The notes: generated by a model from the sequence alone, not told the origin. 64,000 nt of DNA from Dehalococcoidia bacterium (GCA_040902555.1 JBBDXC010000020.1:3528-67527), one strand, 5' to 3'; counted from the first letter of the stretch, positions 30,538-41,600 are shown. A program made the numbers and translations.

Positions 30538-32591
30538 TAGTTGCTGGGCGTCTCCGTGGGGGTTGCCGTCGGCGTTTCATCGCCGCCGCCGGGGTCGGCC
30601 GCGGCGACATCGACGGTCAGCTCGCTGCCGACACGGATGTCGCCGTCGCTGACGACCAGGGTTACGCAGCGCTGCGCGGCGGTGGTCGGGCCGAAGGTGC
30701 AGACACCGCCCGGCTGGTCGACGGCCGTCCAGCGGAAGCTGGGGCCGGTCTCGTTGGGCACGACGGTACCGTCGACGCGCCACTCGAGCACGAAGGCTTC
30801 GGGGGCGGGCTTGAGGAGGGTGGGGGCGCCGCCCTGCACGTAGCTGGCGATGGGCGTCCAGACATCGGCCAGCCCCTCGGTCGACGAGGCGTCGTCGACG
30901 GCGACGCCGGCGATCTGGAAGCGGGCCACGAGGTCGAGTTTGAACGGGATGGAGAACTGGTTCTCCAGGAAGTACTCATAGGTCCCGTTTTCCTCGTAGG
31001 AGAACTTCACAGCGAGCGCCTCGTCGTTCCAGGCAATGCCGCTGGCCCCGCTGCTGGCGTCGATCCTGTCACCGCGGAAGACGGCCTGGGTGCCGGCGGC
31101 CAGGGGCGGCTCGCCCTCAACCAGAGTCGGCGTTGCGGCCAGGGCCAGGGCCTCGGTCTCCTTGATGACGTTCACGCTGCCATCCGGGGCGCGGAAGGTG
31201 GAGTAGGCGCTGATGATCAGGATCAGCTTGTTGCGCGGCACGCCGGCTGTCAGGGCGTTGCGCAGCTGCTGGATGGTGGCTTCGCGGTAGATTGCCTGGT
31301 CGCGGATGGGGGCCAGTTTGATGAAGTCGACGACCTCCCCGAGGTCCTGCAGGGCGTACGGCCCGAAGTTGGCGCAAACATCGGGCGCGGGGACGATCAC
31401 GCTCAGCCGCTTGTCCGCGCCGATGGCCGAGTCGAGGGCGATGATGAACTGGGTGAAGGCATCACCGAGGGTGGGGCCGAAGCAGCCATATTCGAGCTCG
31501 ATACCGGCCAGCGCCTGGTCGACGACCAAGGCCACGATCGCCGTGGCGTGGGCCGTGCGCAGGGCCTCGTCGCTGAGCATTGTTTCTACCGCGAGCATCT
31601 CCTCGGGGGCGTCGGCGCGGATCACCGGGATGACCTCGAAGTCGCCGCTGACGGCGTCGACGCCGCCGATCAGCGAGCCGTCGGCCAGCGGGTTGGGGGA
31701 GAAGGCTATCGGGTTGACTACGTCGACGACGCTGGCTGCCGCTTCGTCGAGGGTGGCGCCGCCCGGCAGCAGACCTTCAACGCGGACGCTGCTGCCGGTC
31801 GAGCGCATAACGAGGACGTTTTCGGGCAGCTGAGCCAGTTGCCCGGTCACGGCGGTGCCATCGGTGGTCAGGGTGGCGTCGGCGATGCGCCGGTAGGAGT
31901 TGTTGTCGTATGTGTAGAAGCCCAGCCCGGCGGGGTCTTGCTCGAGATTGGTCAGGTTGAGGGTGATGTCCAGGGGCCCGCAGGGCAGCTGGTTGGCGCT
32001 CAGGTCGCGCAACGGGCTCACGGGCACCAGGTTCTGTGGGGCTGCCGGTATGTTCTCGCGGATGCTTTGCTCGACGCCATCGCAGACGTTGGGAATTTCG
32101 GAGGTCGGCGCGTTGTTGTTTTCGTTGCCCAGCAGCTCGAAAGGCGGCAGGAAGAGGGCGAAGACGAGCAGGGCGAGGACGAAGACGATGCCGCCGATGA
32201 TGTAGGGCAGGGGGTCGCGGCTACGGCCGCGCGAGGGCGATCGGCGCGCCGTGCGCACCGGGGCCGTTGGCGCGGCCATGTACCGTGGATCCCCGCGCTG
32301 CGAGGCAGGGAAGGGGGCGGTCGAGAAGGCGTCAGCGGCGGGCGGACGTGGCTCGCGCCGGGGTGGTTCGTCGGCGCCCCAGGCCGGGAATGGCTCGGGC
32401 AGCGGCTCCCGGCGTTCGCCGCCGAGGGCTTCACCGAAGGGGCTCGGACGCGGCTCGCCTGCCGCAGGCGGCGGGGGCGGGGGTGTGGCAGCCGGCTCCT
32501 CGCGGGGGGGCTCCTCGCGGGGCTTGTCCGGTTTGCGGGGTGAGCCACCACCCATGAGGTCGTCGAAGGGGCCGGGGCGACGCTCGGTCAA
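30537..32591 (-). CDS. membrane protein: Pro-rich N-terminus, TM helix, extracellular GH18-like domain
   Basis: LAGIELEYG at the DxDxE position, LSVIVPAP, VPRNKLIL, YFLENQFSIPFKLDLV. Confidence 0.6.
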   Translation of the reverse strand: MTERRPGPFDDLMGGGSPRKPDKPREEPPREEPAATPPPPPPAAGEPRPSPFGEALGGERREPLPEPFPAWGADEPPRREPRPPAADAFSTAPFPASQRGDPRYMAAPTAPVRTARRSPSRGRSRDPLPYIIGGIVFVLALLVFALFLPPFELLGNENNNAPTSEIPNVCDGVEQSIRENIPAAPQNLVPVSPLRDLSANQLPCGPLDITLNLTNLEQDPAGLGFYTYDNNSYRRIADATLTTDGTAVTGQLAQLPENVLVMRSTGSSVRVEGLLPGGATLDEAAASVVDVVNPIAFSPNPLADGSLIGGVDAVSGDFEVIPVIRADAPEEMLAVETMLSDEALRTAHATAIVALVVDQALAGIELEYGCFGPTLGDAFTQFIIALDSAIGADKRLSVIVPAPDVCANFGPYALQDLGEVVDFIKLAPIRDQAIYREATIQQLRNALTAGVPRNKLILIISAYSTFRAPDGSVNVIKETEALALAATPTLVEGEPPLAAGTQAVFRGDRIDASSGASGIAWNDEALAVKFSYEENGTYEYFLENQFSIPFKLDLVARFQIAGVAVDDASSTEGLADVWTPIASYVQGGAPTLLKPAPEAFVLEWRVDGTVVPNETGPSFRWTAVDQPGGVCTFGPTTAAQRCVTLVVSDGDIRVGSELTVDVAAADPGGGDETPTATPTETPSN

Positions 32592-32600
32592 GCCGGGCCT

Positions 32601-33695
32601 CTAGACGGGCGGAGTTCTTTCGACAACTTCAACCTCAACTACCTGCACCTGGGCGTTGCGCAGGATCTCCAGTACGGCCGTCGAGCCGGGCCGCAAGGGC
32701 TTCAAAAGGTTCAGAAACGGCTGCTCTTCCGATATCTCATCTTGATTGATGCTGAGTATTACGTCACCTGCCACGATGCCGGCCGCCACGGCGGGCCCGT
32801 TCGGGTCGACGGCGAGAACCACCGTGCCCTGCCTCGGGCCCTCGGCGAGCTGGATCGTCACCTCCTGGGTTTGGACGCCGAGGTCGGGGCGCTCGACCCT
32901 GCCCCGATCGATGATCTGGAAGGCGATATCGGCGATGGTGCGGCTGGAGATGGCGAAGGCGATGCCCTCGACAAGGTCGCCGTTGGGGGCGTTGCGCACG
33001 ACGGTGGTCAGCATGCCGATCATCTCGCCCTGCATGTTGAGGAGGGCGCCGCCGCTGTTGCCCTGGTTGACGGCGGCGTCGGTCTGCACCAGGTCCTCCA
33101 TGAAGACGTCGTCCTTGAAGAGGCGGCGGTGCGTCCCGCTGATCACGCCCGTGCTGACGCTGAGCGGGAGCGAAGAAAGGCTCTGGCCCAGGGCGATGAC
33201 CGGCTGGCCGAGGATCAGCAGGTCGGAGTCGCCGAGCTCGGCGGGAGTGAGAAGGTCGCCGGTGACCTTAAGGACGGCCAGGTCGTTGAAGGGACGGTCG
33301 TCGCCGACCTTGCGGGCGGTCCTCTCCTCGCCGGAGGGCAGGACGACGGTGATCTGGTCGGCGTCGTTGATCACGTGCTCGTTGGTGACGATGAAGCCGT
33401 CCTCGGTGAGGACGACGCCGGAGCCGACGCTGGTGGTGTCGACGAGCACGCCCTGGTCCTCGCGGGTGCCGCGGCTGATCACGGTGACGACGGTCTCGTC
33501 GACGTCATCGACGATCTCGCTGACGGTGGGCGGGGAGATCTCCTCGACGGGCCCGGGCGGTTTGGGGTCGTCGTCGAAGACGACGGCGACGAGGAAGCCG
33601 CCGATGGCGCCGGCGATGAGGCCGTTGATGAGGAAGAGCCCGCCGAGCAAGCCCAGCAGGCGCCAGCGTCCAGACACGTCAAACTCCGGAGTCAA
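32601..33695 (-). CDS. HtrA/DegS-like trypsin serine protease with PDZ domain
   Basis: TNEHV, DLAVLKV, GNSGG; N-terminal TM helix; C-terminal PDZ. Confidence 0.92.
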   Translation of the reverse strand: MTPEFDVSGRWRLLGLLGGLFLINGLIAGAIGGFLVAVVFDDDPKPPGPVEEISPPTVSEIVDDVDETVVTVISRGTREDQGVLVDTTSVGSGVVLTEDGFIVTNEHVINDADQITVVLPSGEERTARKVGDDRPFNDLAVLKVTGDLLTPAELGDSDLLILGQPVIALGQSLSSLPLSVSTGVISGTHRRLFKDDVFMEDLVQTDAAVNQGNSGGALLNMQGEMIGMLTTVVRNAPNGDLVEGIAFAISSRTIADIAFQIIDRGRVERPDLGVQTQEVTIQLAEGPRQGTVVLAVDPNGPAVAAGIVAGDVILSINQDEISEEQPFLNLLKPLRPGSTAVLEILRNAQVQVVEVEVVERTPPV

Positions 33696-34133
33696 AGGTA
33701 GGCCCCGGCTGCGGAGCCTCGACAGGCAGAATCGTAGCAGACCTCACCCCCGGCCCCCTCGCAGAGTCGCCTGTGGAGACCTCCCCTTGCCAAGGGGAGG
33801 GTGATGCGGCTCTTGCCAGATACCCGTTTTCATCCACCGATACCACTCCTCACGCGCCGGCGCCCCGCCACCCCACAACCTCACCCCGCTGTCTCCTGGG
33901 CGACTCTGCGAGCGGCTGGCCCTTCGCCAAGGCGAATCTTCGATCTCCTTGCCCCCCGGCGGATTGGCAAACCGCGCGGGGACCCCGAGAGGGAGGCGTT
34001 GGGAACGCGGCGGTGCGCCAAGATGCCAAGTACAGCAACACGCGGCCACGAAAGGGACGCCCCGCCCCGCCACCCCCCAACCTCACCCTGCCCTCTCCTT
34101 GCCAAGGAGAGGGTGAGACGGACCGTGGCGGAC

Positions 34134-34214
34134 GAGTTGTTTGATCGCAACAGGGTCAACGCCAGATTCCCCAGGCAGTTGTTGGGTTGTTTGAGTTGTT
34201 TGAGTTGTTTGATC
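34134..34214. repeat. 81-bp element, copy A (homologous to 56861-56941)
   Basis: Ungapped match GAGTTGTTTGATCG-N15-CAGATTCCCCAG followed by 9-mer TTGTTT repeats. Confidence 0.85.
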
Positions 34215-34360
34215 GTTTCCTGCCTGGTCCCTCGCCTGGCAGAAGGGCGGGGTGGGCGTTGCGCGCCCTTCCGGCAAGGGCGGCAAGGCGAGGCACAGGT
34301 GTCATAAAGAGCGGCGAGTGCGCTGCGAAAAGGGATGAAACTAGCGGGCACTAAACCTCC

Positions 34361-34480
34361 TTAATCGGCCTTAATCGTCGTTAAATGGCCTTAGTTGGCG
34401 GGAGCGGAGCGGCTTATTTGGCCTTATTCGCCGCTAATCGGGCTTATTCGTCGCTAATCGCCCTTGTTCGGGCTTAACGG
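34361..34480. repeat. degenerate 10-bp tandem repeats (4+7 units)
   Basis: ttaatcggcc/ttaatcgtcg/ttaaatggcc/ttagttggcg then ggcttatttg/gccttattcg/ccgctaatcg/ggcttattcg/tcgctaatcg/cccttgttcg/ggcttaacgg. Confidence 0.8.
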
Positions 34481-34704
34481 CGCGCGCATTTTGCTTTTCG
34501 TTCCCGGGGAACGAGGACGGGCCTCACCGCAGCCCCCCGACCTCACCCCCGCTGTCCCCGAAAGGCGACTCTGCGAGCCGCTGGCCCTCCCCTTGCCAGG
34601 GGAGGGAAGAGATAAGGCCGATTGGCTGGAGACGCCCCCCAGCCCCACCCACCTCACCCCCTAGCCCCCTCTCCGCAAGCAGAGAGGGGGAACGGATGGA
34701 CGGG

Positions 34705-34767
34705 AATTGAACCAATTGAACCTTTTGAACCAATTGAACCCTTTGAACCAATTGAACCTTTTGAACC
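34705..34767. repeat. 7 x 9-bp tandem repeat NNTTGAACC
   Basis: TTGAACC at 34707, 34716, 34725, 34734, 34743, 34752 and 34761. Confidence 0.95.
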
Positions 34768-34879
34768 TCGAGGCCCGGCTCGCGGCCCGGAAGCCGGTTT
34801 TGACGGGCTACGGACATTCGCCGATGAGACAAGGCGAGGCCGGTAGCAGAGTCCTGCGGAGGGAGCATAGATGTCCAGA

Positions 34880-34897
34880 CTAGCACAAATGTGCTAG
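34880..34897. promoter_or_regulatory. perfect inverted repeat CTAGCACA-AA-TGTGCTAG, LexA-box-like
   Basis: AGCAC-N4-GTGCT versus the AGAAC-N4-GTTCT consensus. Confidence 0.5.
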
Positions 34898-35457
34898 CCC
34901 TCAAAGGGGAAGCGACAGAAACGGTCGCTGGTTTTAACGGCGCAAGTTTGGCCGGCGTCTCATCGGTCGGCAATGGTTTTGGGGACGCCCCTCGCCCCGC
35001 CCCGACCTCACCCCCGCTGCGGCTGGCCCTCTCCGCACCCGGGAGAGGGGGGAGGCCCGACGACCACGACGGCCGTAAAGCTGAGGCCCAGACCGCCGAA
35101 AACGTCGATTATTTATTCGTAGATTCGGCCGGCTGAGCAGGGTGACGAGCTACACGCACAACGAGGCGGGGAGGTTGACCGAACCGAGCAATCGATGCGC
35201 CGTGCCCTCGCGCGACCCCTTTGGACGAGCGCTGGGGTAGACGGTAGGGGGTGTGTCCCCTCGCGACCCTCACGGTCGGCGCGCAAGGGCCACACGGCGT
35301 GACGCCTCATGGCGGGAGCAGAGCCTAAGGCGCCGCCCGCCGCCCGACGTGACTAAGCGCACTTACACCAGCAACGGGGAAAGGGAAGCGTATCCCTCGC
35401 CGGCGTCACTTTCCGGATTGGTTGTCGTTCATGGCCGCAGGTCTAGGGATTTCCGAG

Positions 35458-36195
35458 CTAGTGAACCGACTCTGCGATGGCCATGCACTCGTCGGGGGTC
35501 AGAAGTATGCAGTCCACGTCAAAGCCGACATTGTCGTCCGTCCAGCCTATGCCGACCCGCTGATCCTCCGCGCGGGTGGCCATTCTGCCTGGGAGCCCGT
35601 TCACAAGTACCGGCTCTCCGACTCCCGGACCGACTTTCGGATCCGATGCGCGCCCCACGAAAACCTTGGCACTCTGAGTGGTGACGTACACTTCCTCGGG
35701 CGAAATCACCGTCCGGCCGTCATTCAGTTTCAACGGGTGGGCAGGGAAAATCCGGGTGGTTGTGACTGCGGGGTTTTCGATGACCGTCTCGATACGACAG
35801 ACACCCGTAAGCGGAGTCCTTGGGCTATAGCCGTCGATTGTCGTTTCGCTGCTCCAGCCGGGCGGGACGTCGGGGAATCTGGCCTCAAAGGCCAGGACTG
35901 CGCCCGCCTCTTCCCGTGTAAGCCATGGCTCCATAGACGTTTTAGCTCTCGGATCGGATCGGATACCCTGCTGGTCTGTTCCGGCGCGCTGGAACAGTGA
36001 TTGAATAAGCGCCTCATCGGCGGAGGTCTTGAGGCAGATACCGTCTGGTGCGGTCGGAAGGCCGGGCTGACCTCCGGCCGATTGCGTAGGTTGCGGCACG
36101 CCGCCGGCCGATCCTGTAGGTTGCAGCACACCACCGGCGAAAAGCGCGAGGCCGGTCAGCACAACGATCCCGATCAGGGATCCGGCGTATTTCAC
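35458..36195 (-). CDS. hypothetical exported protein
   Basis: GTG start after a purine-rich RBS; signal-like LIGIVVLTGLALFAGG. Confidence 0.6.
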   Translation of the reverse strand: MKYAGSLIGIVVLTGLALFAGGVLQPTGSAGGVPQPTQSAGGQPGLPTAPDGICLKTSADEALIQSLFQRAGTDQQGIRSDPRAKTSMEPWLTREEAGAVLAFEARFPDVPPGWSSETTIDGYSPRTPLTGVCRIETVIENPAVTTTRIFPAHPLKLNDGRTVISPEEVYVTTQSAKVFVGRASDPKVGPGVGEPVLVNGLPGRMATRAEDQRVGIGWTDDNVGFDVDCILLTPDECMAIAESVH

Positions 36196-36466
36196 TTGTG
36201 GCCCCCCTGGCGGATCGGACCGTGTGGCAACCCCAGCACCGATCGCGTACTTCCTCAAACGGAAGTGTCAACTCGGGGGTCGCTAACTCCGTGTCCTGCC
36301 AGCGGGAGGCCGGAGCTCCTCATCGGCGCCGTCGCCCCCGGCGATTGGTCTATACTTCAGCCAGAAACCGCAGTTTCAGAGGTGACTGAGCCAGTCTCGG
36401 TCGCCTTTCTACTTTATTTGGGGGCAGGCGCCTACCCTGGCCTACCCCTCAAGCCGGAGGATTCCA

Positions 36467-36940
36467 GTGGTTGAAAAAACCGTCCCGCTCACCAAAGAAG
36501 GCATGGGAAGGCTCGAAGAGGAGCTGCGCGAGCTGACTCTCCGCGGGCGCCACGCCGTCGCCGAGAAGATTCACAACGCCAAAGAGCTGAGCACCACCCA
36601 GAACAACGCCGAGTACGACGAGGCGAAGAACGAGCAAGCGCGAATCGAAGGCCGCATCCTCGATATCCAGAACATCCTGGCGCGCTCGACCGTGATCGAC
36701 GAAGACGGCGCCCACCACTCCAGCAAGGTCTCGGTCGGCGCCGACGTCACGGTGGTGGACGAGAACGGGCGCGAGCACAAGTACACCATCGTCGGCTCGC
36801 CGGAGGCAGACCCCACGGCCGGGCGCATCTCAAATGAATCACCTGTCGGCCAGGCACTGCTCGGGCGCAAGGTCGGGGAGGAGATCCAGGTCTCGGTGCC
36901 GGCCGGCCTGCGCAAGTACAAGGTCAAGAAGATCAGCTAA
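36467..36940 (+). CDS. greA: transcription elongation factor GreA
   Basis: LTKEGMGRLEEEL, NAEYDEAK, ISNESPVGQALLG. Confidence 0.95.
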   Translation: MVEKTVPLTKEGMGRLEEELRELTLRGRHAVAEKIHNAKELSTTQNNAEYDEAKNEQARIEGRILDIQNILARSTVIDEDGAHHSSKVSVGADVTVVDENGREHKYTIVGSPEADPTAGRISNESPVGQALLGRKVGEEIQVSVPAGLRKYKVKKIS

Positions 36941-37082
36941 CCCGCGGAGAGGGGACGGACCCAACGACCCCGCCACCATTGTTAGCCCGACGATGCGCCA
37001 GGACTGATAGTCGGGACGCGGTCGATGTTCGAAGATGCGGACAGGTGTCCTTTGCGTTCATGGATGAGGGTTTATCTATTAC

Positions 37083-37145
37083 GACACCTGCGCCCTACAG
37101 GTGGCGCGTTGCGGCACATCTACTAGGACACCTGCACCCTACAGG
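37083..37145. repeat. two 20-bp direct repeats GACACCTGCRCCCTACAGGT (GTAG-type REP-like)
   Basis: Copies at 37083 and 37126; related CCCCTACA motifs near 63155-63205. Confidence 0.65.
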
Positions 37146-37174
37146 TTGCGGCAGATAGCGCAGGTTAGCAGCAC

Positions 37175-38641
37175 ATGAGCGAAAGCGAACGTCACGAGGA
37201 GCTGGTAGCCCAGCGCATAGCCAAGGCTGAGCGCTGGCGCCAACGCGGGGCTGACCCCTATCCGGCGCGCGTGACGCGCACGCACACTGCGGTTGAGGCC
37301 GCGGCGCTCGCAAATGAAGCCGAGACACCCGAGGTTACGGTTGCCGGGCGCGTCACGGCGATGCGCGCGATGGGCAAGCTGGCCTTCCTCGACCTGACCG
37401 ACGGCAGCGGGCGCATCCAGGTGCTGCTGCGGCGAGACGCTATTGGCGATGAGGCCTTCGAGGCCCTCGGCGACGTGGACCTGGGCGACTTCCTCGGCGC
37501 CACGGGCAAGCCGATCCGCAGCCGCACAGGCGAGCCCACGGTCGAGGCGTCCGGCTTCACGATGCTGGTCAAGGCCATCCAGCCGCCGCCCGAGAAGTGG
37601 CACGGGATCGCCGAGGTGGAGCAGCGCTACCGCCAGCGCTACCTCGACCTGATGACCAACGCCGAGGTCCGCAACATCTTCACGATCCGCAGCCGCGTCA
37701 TCGCCGCGATCCGCCGCTTCATGGAGGCGCGCGGATACCTGGAGGTCGAGACGCCGATCCTGCACCCGCAGGCCGGCGGGGCGGCGGCCCAGCCATTCGT
37801 GACCCATCACAATGCCATCGACCGCGACCTCTACCTCCGCCTGGCGCTCGAGTTGCACCTCAAGCGGCTGCTCGTCGGCGGCTTTGAGCGCGTGTTCGAG
37901 ATCGGCCCGATCTTCCGCAACGAGGGCTCGGACTCAACCCACAACCCCGAGTTCACGATGATGGAGTGGTACGAGGCTTACTCGGACTACCTGGCGATCG
38001 CCGAGATGTTCGAGACGATGGTCTCGCAAGTGGCGTCCGAGGCTGTGGGGACCACTACCGTGCCAAACCCGGCGGGCGGCACGATCGAGCTGGCCGCCCC
38101 ATGGCGCCGACTGACGATGCGCGACGCGCTGCAGCAATACGCCGGCTTCGATTTCGAGTCTTATCGCCAGACCGAGAGCCTTCTCAGCCTCTACAGCGAG
38201 CGGGGTCTGCAGCCGGCGCCGGGCGCCAGCTGGGCGAAGCTGCTCGACGACCTGGTCAAGCACTACGTCGAGCCGGAGCTGGTGCAGCCGACGTTCCTCA
38301 TGGACTATCCGGTGGAGCTCAGCCCGCTGGCCAAGAGGAAGCCGGGCGAACCGGGAATCGTGGAGCGCTGGGAGCCCTTCATCCGCAACTTCGAGTTGGG
38401 GAATGCCTACAGCGAGCTGAACGACCCGGTGGACCAGCGGAGGCGCTTCGAGGAGCAACTCGCGGCGAAAGCCGCCGGCGACGAGGAGGCGGAGCAGCTG
38501 GACGAGGACTTCCTGACGGCGATTGAATATGGGATGCCGCCGGCGGGTGGCGCGGGGCTGGGGGTGGACCGGCTGATCATGGTGCTGACGGGGCAGCGGT
38601 CGATCCGGGAGGTTATTTTGTTTCCGGCCATGAGGAGCTAG
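37175..38641 (+). CDS. lysS: lysyl-tRNA synthetase (class II)
   Basis: YRQRYLDL, FRNEG..HNPEF, YGMPPAGGAGLGVDRL. Confidence 0.97.
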   Translation: MSESERHEELVAQRIAKAERWRQRGADPYPARVTRTHTAVEAAALANEAETPEVTVAGRVTAMRAMGKLAFLDLTDGSGRIQVLLRRDAIGDEAFEALGDVDLGDFLGATGKPIRSRTGEPTVEASGFTMLVKAIQPPPEKWHGIAEVEQRYRQRYLDLMTNAEVRNIFTIRSRVIAAIRRFMEARGYLEVETPILHPQAGGAAAQPFVTHHNAIDRDLYLRLALELHLKRLLVGGFERVFEIGPIFRNEGSDSTHNPEFTMMEWYEAYSDYLAIAEMFETMVSQVASEAVGTTTVPNPAGGTIELAAPWRRLTMRDALQQYAGFDFESYRQTESLLSLYSERGLQPAPGASWAKLLDDLVKHYVEPELVQPTFLMDYPVELSPLAKRKPGEPGIVERWEPFIRNFELGNAYSELNDPVDQRRRFEEQLAAKAAGDEEAEQLDEDFLTAIEYGMPPAGGAGLGVDRLIMVLTGQRSIREVILFPAMRS

Positions 38642-38693
38642 TCCTAACAGAGCTCTCGCCGTTGAGACCAGAAGGTTCCAACAACCCCCTTGG

Positions 38694-41600
38694 CTAAGGC
38701 CCCGACGCTGACAGCCCGATTCCTAGCCGTACCTCGATCGGTTCGCTTGCAGTGCGGATCCCACCCAATACCAACGATGTGGATTTGAGCACATCAAGAT
38801 TACGCAGGGGGTCCCCAATGATCCGAACGATTGTTTCCCATCCTTCTTCAAGCCCGGATACAACTGCGAGGAAGTACTTCGTCCCGTCCTTTCGGGCGCG
38901 ATCGAACTCATTCGCGGTGAGGGACACCTGATCTGGCATCGCCTGAGCAAAGGATTTGATCTCGAAGGCACGCTTCAACTCGTCCAAAGCATCAGCACCA
39001 ATTCCCCGCAGATGCCGGAAGTCCTTCAAATCGGACTGTTCTCCGTTGATGGCGAGCTGCAGAGCGAGAAGTGCGAGGTGTTCCTTTTCCTGAGGCGAAT
39101 AGGCGACCGGCCCCGACCGAGCCACCGGACGATTGCCCTCGTCAATGGGAAGTCCGACCGGAGCGTCTTGGCGGAGGCCTCGCCTACCAGAGGCCGTGGA
39201 GCTGTTACCTTGGCCGGTCGGACGAGTAACCTGCTCCACTACGAGGTCCGATGGCTTCTTCAATCGTCGGACTGATTGGCCGGCAAGCCTCGCACCATCG
39301 GATTTTGCTGTAGGTGTTTGGTCGCGCCCACTTACGGCCTTGCGGGACGTTGGCGCAAGACGAGCGGCTTGCTGGAACAATTCGTCCATGTCCAATGTGC
39401 TGGCAGGGTCCTCCGCGAGACGCATACCGGGCGTCGCCTCACCATGGCTAGCCCGCGACCACGCTTTGGCCCAAGCAAGAGCGACCTTATCTTGATCGCC
39501 GCGACCGAACAGCGACCCGACTAAGCGTCCACCCAACCCGTCCTCACCAATCTCTTCCCTGGACGCGAACGAAAACTGCAGCGGCTCCCTTTGGATGTGG
39601 CCCCGTGCTAACAGCTGAAGCGGCTTCCGCCCCGACAGGCGAAGTTGGAGACGCAATTCGCGCGGCAGCGCTATGAGCGGGCGACCAAGTTCGTCCCAGG
39701 GAACGTCGAGCTGGCGGTAGAGCGCCGGATCGTGACGACTGAGCCAGTCCATAAGGTGTTCGACGGCATGAAAGAAGGTTTCTGCCTCTGACTCTCCATT
39801 TGCGCAGTCGCTTGCCGTGACTAGTGGCCTGAAATCCTCGTCGCTAAGCTCCGTCACCTTCAATGCACCGAACAGCTCGCCCAATATTTGTGGAGATACG
39901 GGCGGCCGCCATATCGGTAGCTTCGCGGAAAGCTCCCGAGCGACTTCTGGGTTTCGTACCAAGTAAATTGGGCGCCCGCCTAACCATCGATCACCGAGCC
40001 ACAAGGGAAGGCTCCCCATCGCGCGGACTTCGCCTCGTGATGCGATGGCCAAATGTTCGGCCATGTAGAGATAGGTGTTGACGACCGTTTGTTCGTCATT
40101 GGGGTACGGCGCCGAACGGCTAATGGTTCGCAAAACGCTAACGCAATCCGACAACGTGGGCTGCCTAATTCTCAGAAGCCGCCACAGCCTGTCAGCGAGT
40201 GGGCCGTCGGAAACAAACGCTCGATGCTCCCCCAATACGGGCTTGCCCCTCAAGACCTGCGAGGGCCGCCACCATCGACCATCTACATGGATCAGGCCAG
40301 CCTTTGCGCTAAACCTGGCCCGTAGCTGTCTAACAGTCACATCGCCAATCGCAGAGTCGGGCGCTGCGTCGACATTGGTTATCGCTGACGCAATCGCGGC
40401 ATAACGAACATCGGCGCGCGCTTGATCAACTGCGGTGCGACTGAGTCTCAACTTAATTAGCTCCTCGAGGACCTCGCTGATTCGCGGATCAGTTTGGAGC
40501 CCAAGCGCGCGTGTGACTGGCCACGATGCAGCACTGAAATCCACTTCGCTTGCGTAGCGAGGCGATCTTGAGCCGTGAAGCGCTTCCATGGCCTTGGTTC
40601 GCACGATGAGGTGGCAAGGAGGGGTCGGCGTGCCGGCCTCCGTCGTCATCCAAGCCGAGTCCATTGCCGCGGCGATCCAAGTGGCCGGCAGTGTTGTGGC
40701 TTGATGCCACAAGTGATACGAGTAAACGGCGAGGGCTCTTTCGCGCCCTTCGTAAAGTCGACCCCACTCGCGATTCAGGGTTCTCATTAGGGCTCTAGCA
40801 CGCTCCCGCCTTTTGCGCTTCGAACGTTCCTTCGTGATATCAGAAATGACAAGATCAAGCTCTGGTGCTAGCCGATCCCGTTGGAGATGCGTAGCATGAA
40901 CGCCATCCAGCGCGCTTCTTTGAGAGGTGGTTAAGGCGTCGAAGTTGATCGGACTTGCCGGTTCACCATGCCGCGACTCAACGCTTTCCGGCTCCAGCAG
41001 TCGAGGCGCGATTTCGGCTCCGAGTAAACGGAACAAGGTATTGGCACCGGGTGCGTGTTTGTCTTTGTCAGTACGCCTTAGTACTGAGCGGTACCGAGAT
41101 TCAATCCATAAAATGCCCGGAGTGAGAGCCGCCGCTTTAGCCCATCCATCGCTTCGGTCCTCGAGTCTCGCCGGCATGTACGAAGCCGCCGGCCTAACTC
41201 TCGTTCGAACTCTCCTACCCCGGTCCCAATAGAAGCCATGCACAGCGATTGCTCTACCGATGTCCGGGCCGAGCTTCTCGGGGTCCGCAGACTCGAGGTT
41301 GGCCAACGCATCACGCAGCGTGATTAGATCAAGATCCGAAAGCGCCAGCGGCTCAACCTGCCCGTCCGACCCGCGTTTCGCCAAGGCACGGAGTGTCGCC
41401 TCGTCGCCAACGTCGTCCAGCAGGAGATCCGCAGCCACTAACCATTCACTAACTTGGACGGCTTGTGCATTGTTCGATAGGTAGGCTGGGTGAATAACGC
41501 GCGCGAGCTTCAACTGCTGACCCAGTGAGTGCGCGTGCATTTTCCTGACCAAGACTTCCGCCTCATCTTCCGGATGCGGTGGGACTACTCGCGCTCCGTC

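Larger units (their letters stand above)
33742..35052. repeat. cluster of about six REP-like palindromes (CCTCACCC..CCCTC(T/C)CC..GG(A/G)GAGGG), some with internal inserts
   Basis: Copies near 33742, 33879, 34081, 34542, 34652 and 35005. Confidence 0.75.

Noticed and set aside
34361-34767. CRISPR interpretation of the 10-mer and 9-mer arrays
   Set aside because: Units are contiguous with no unique spacers
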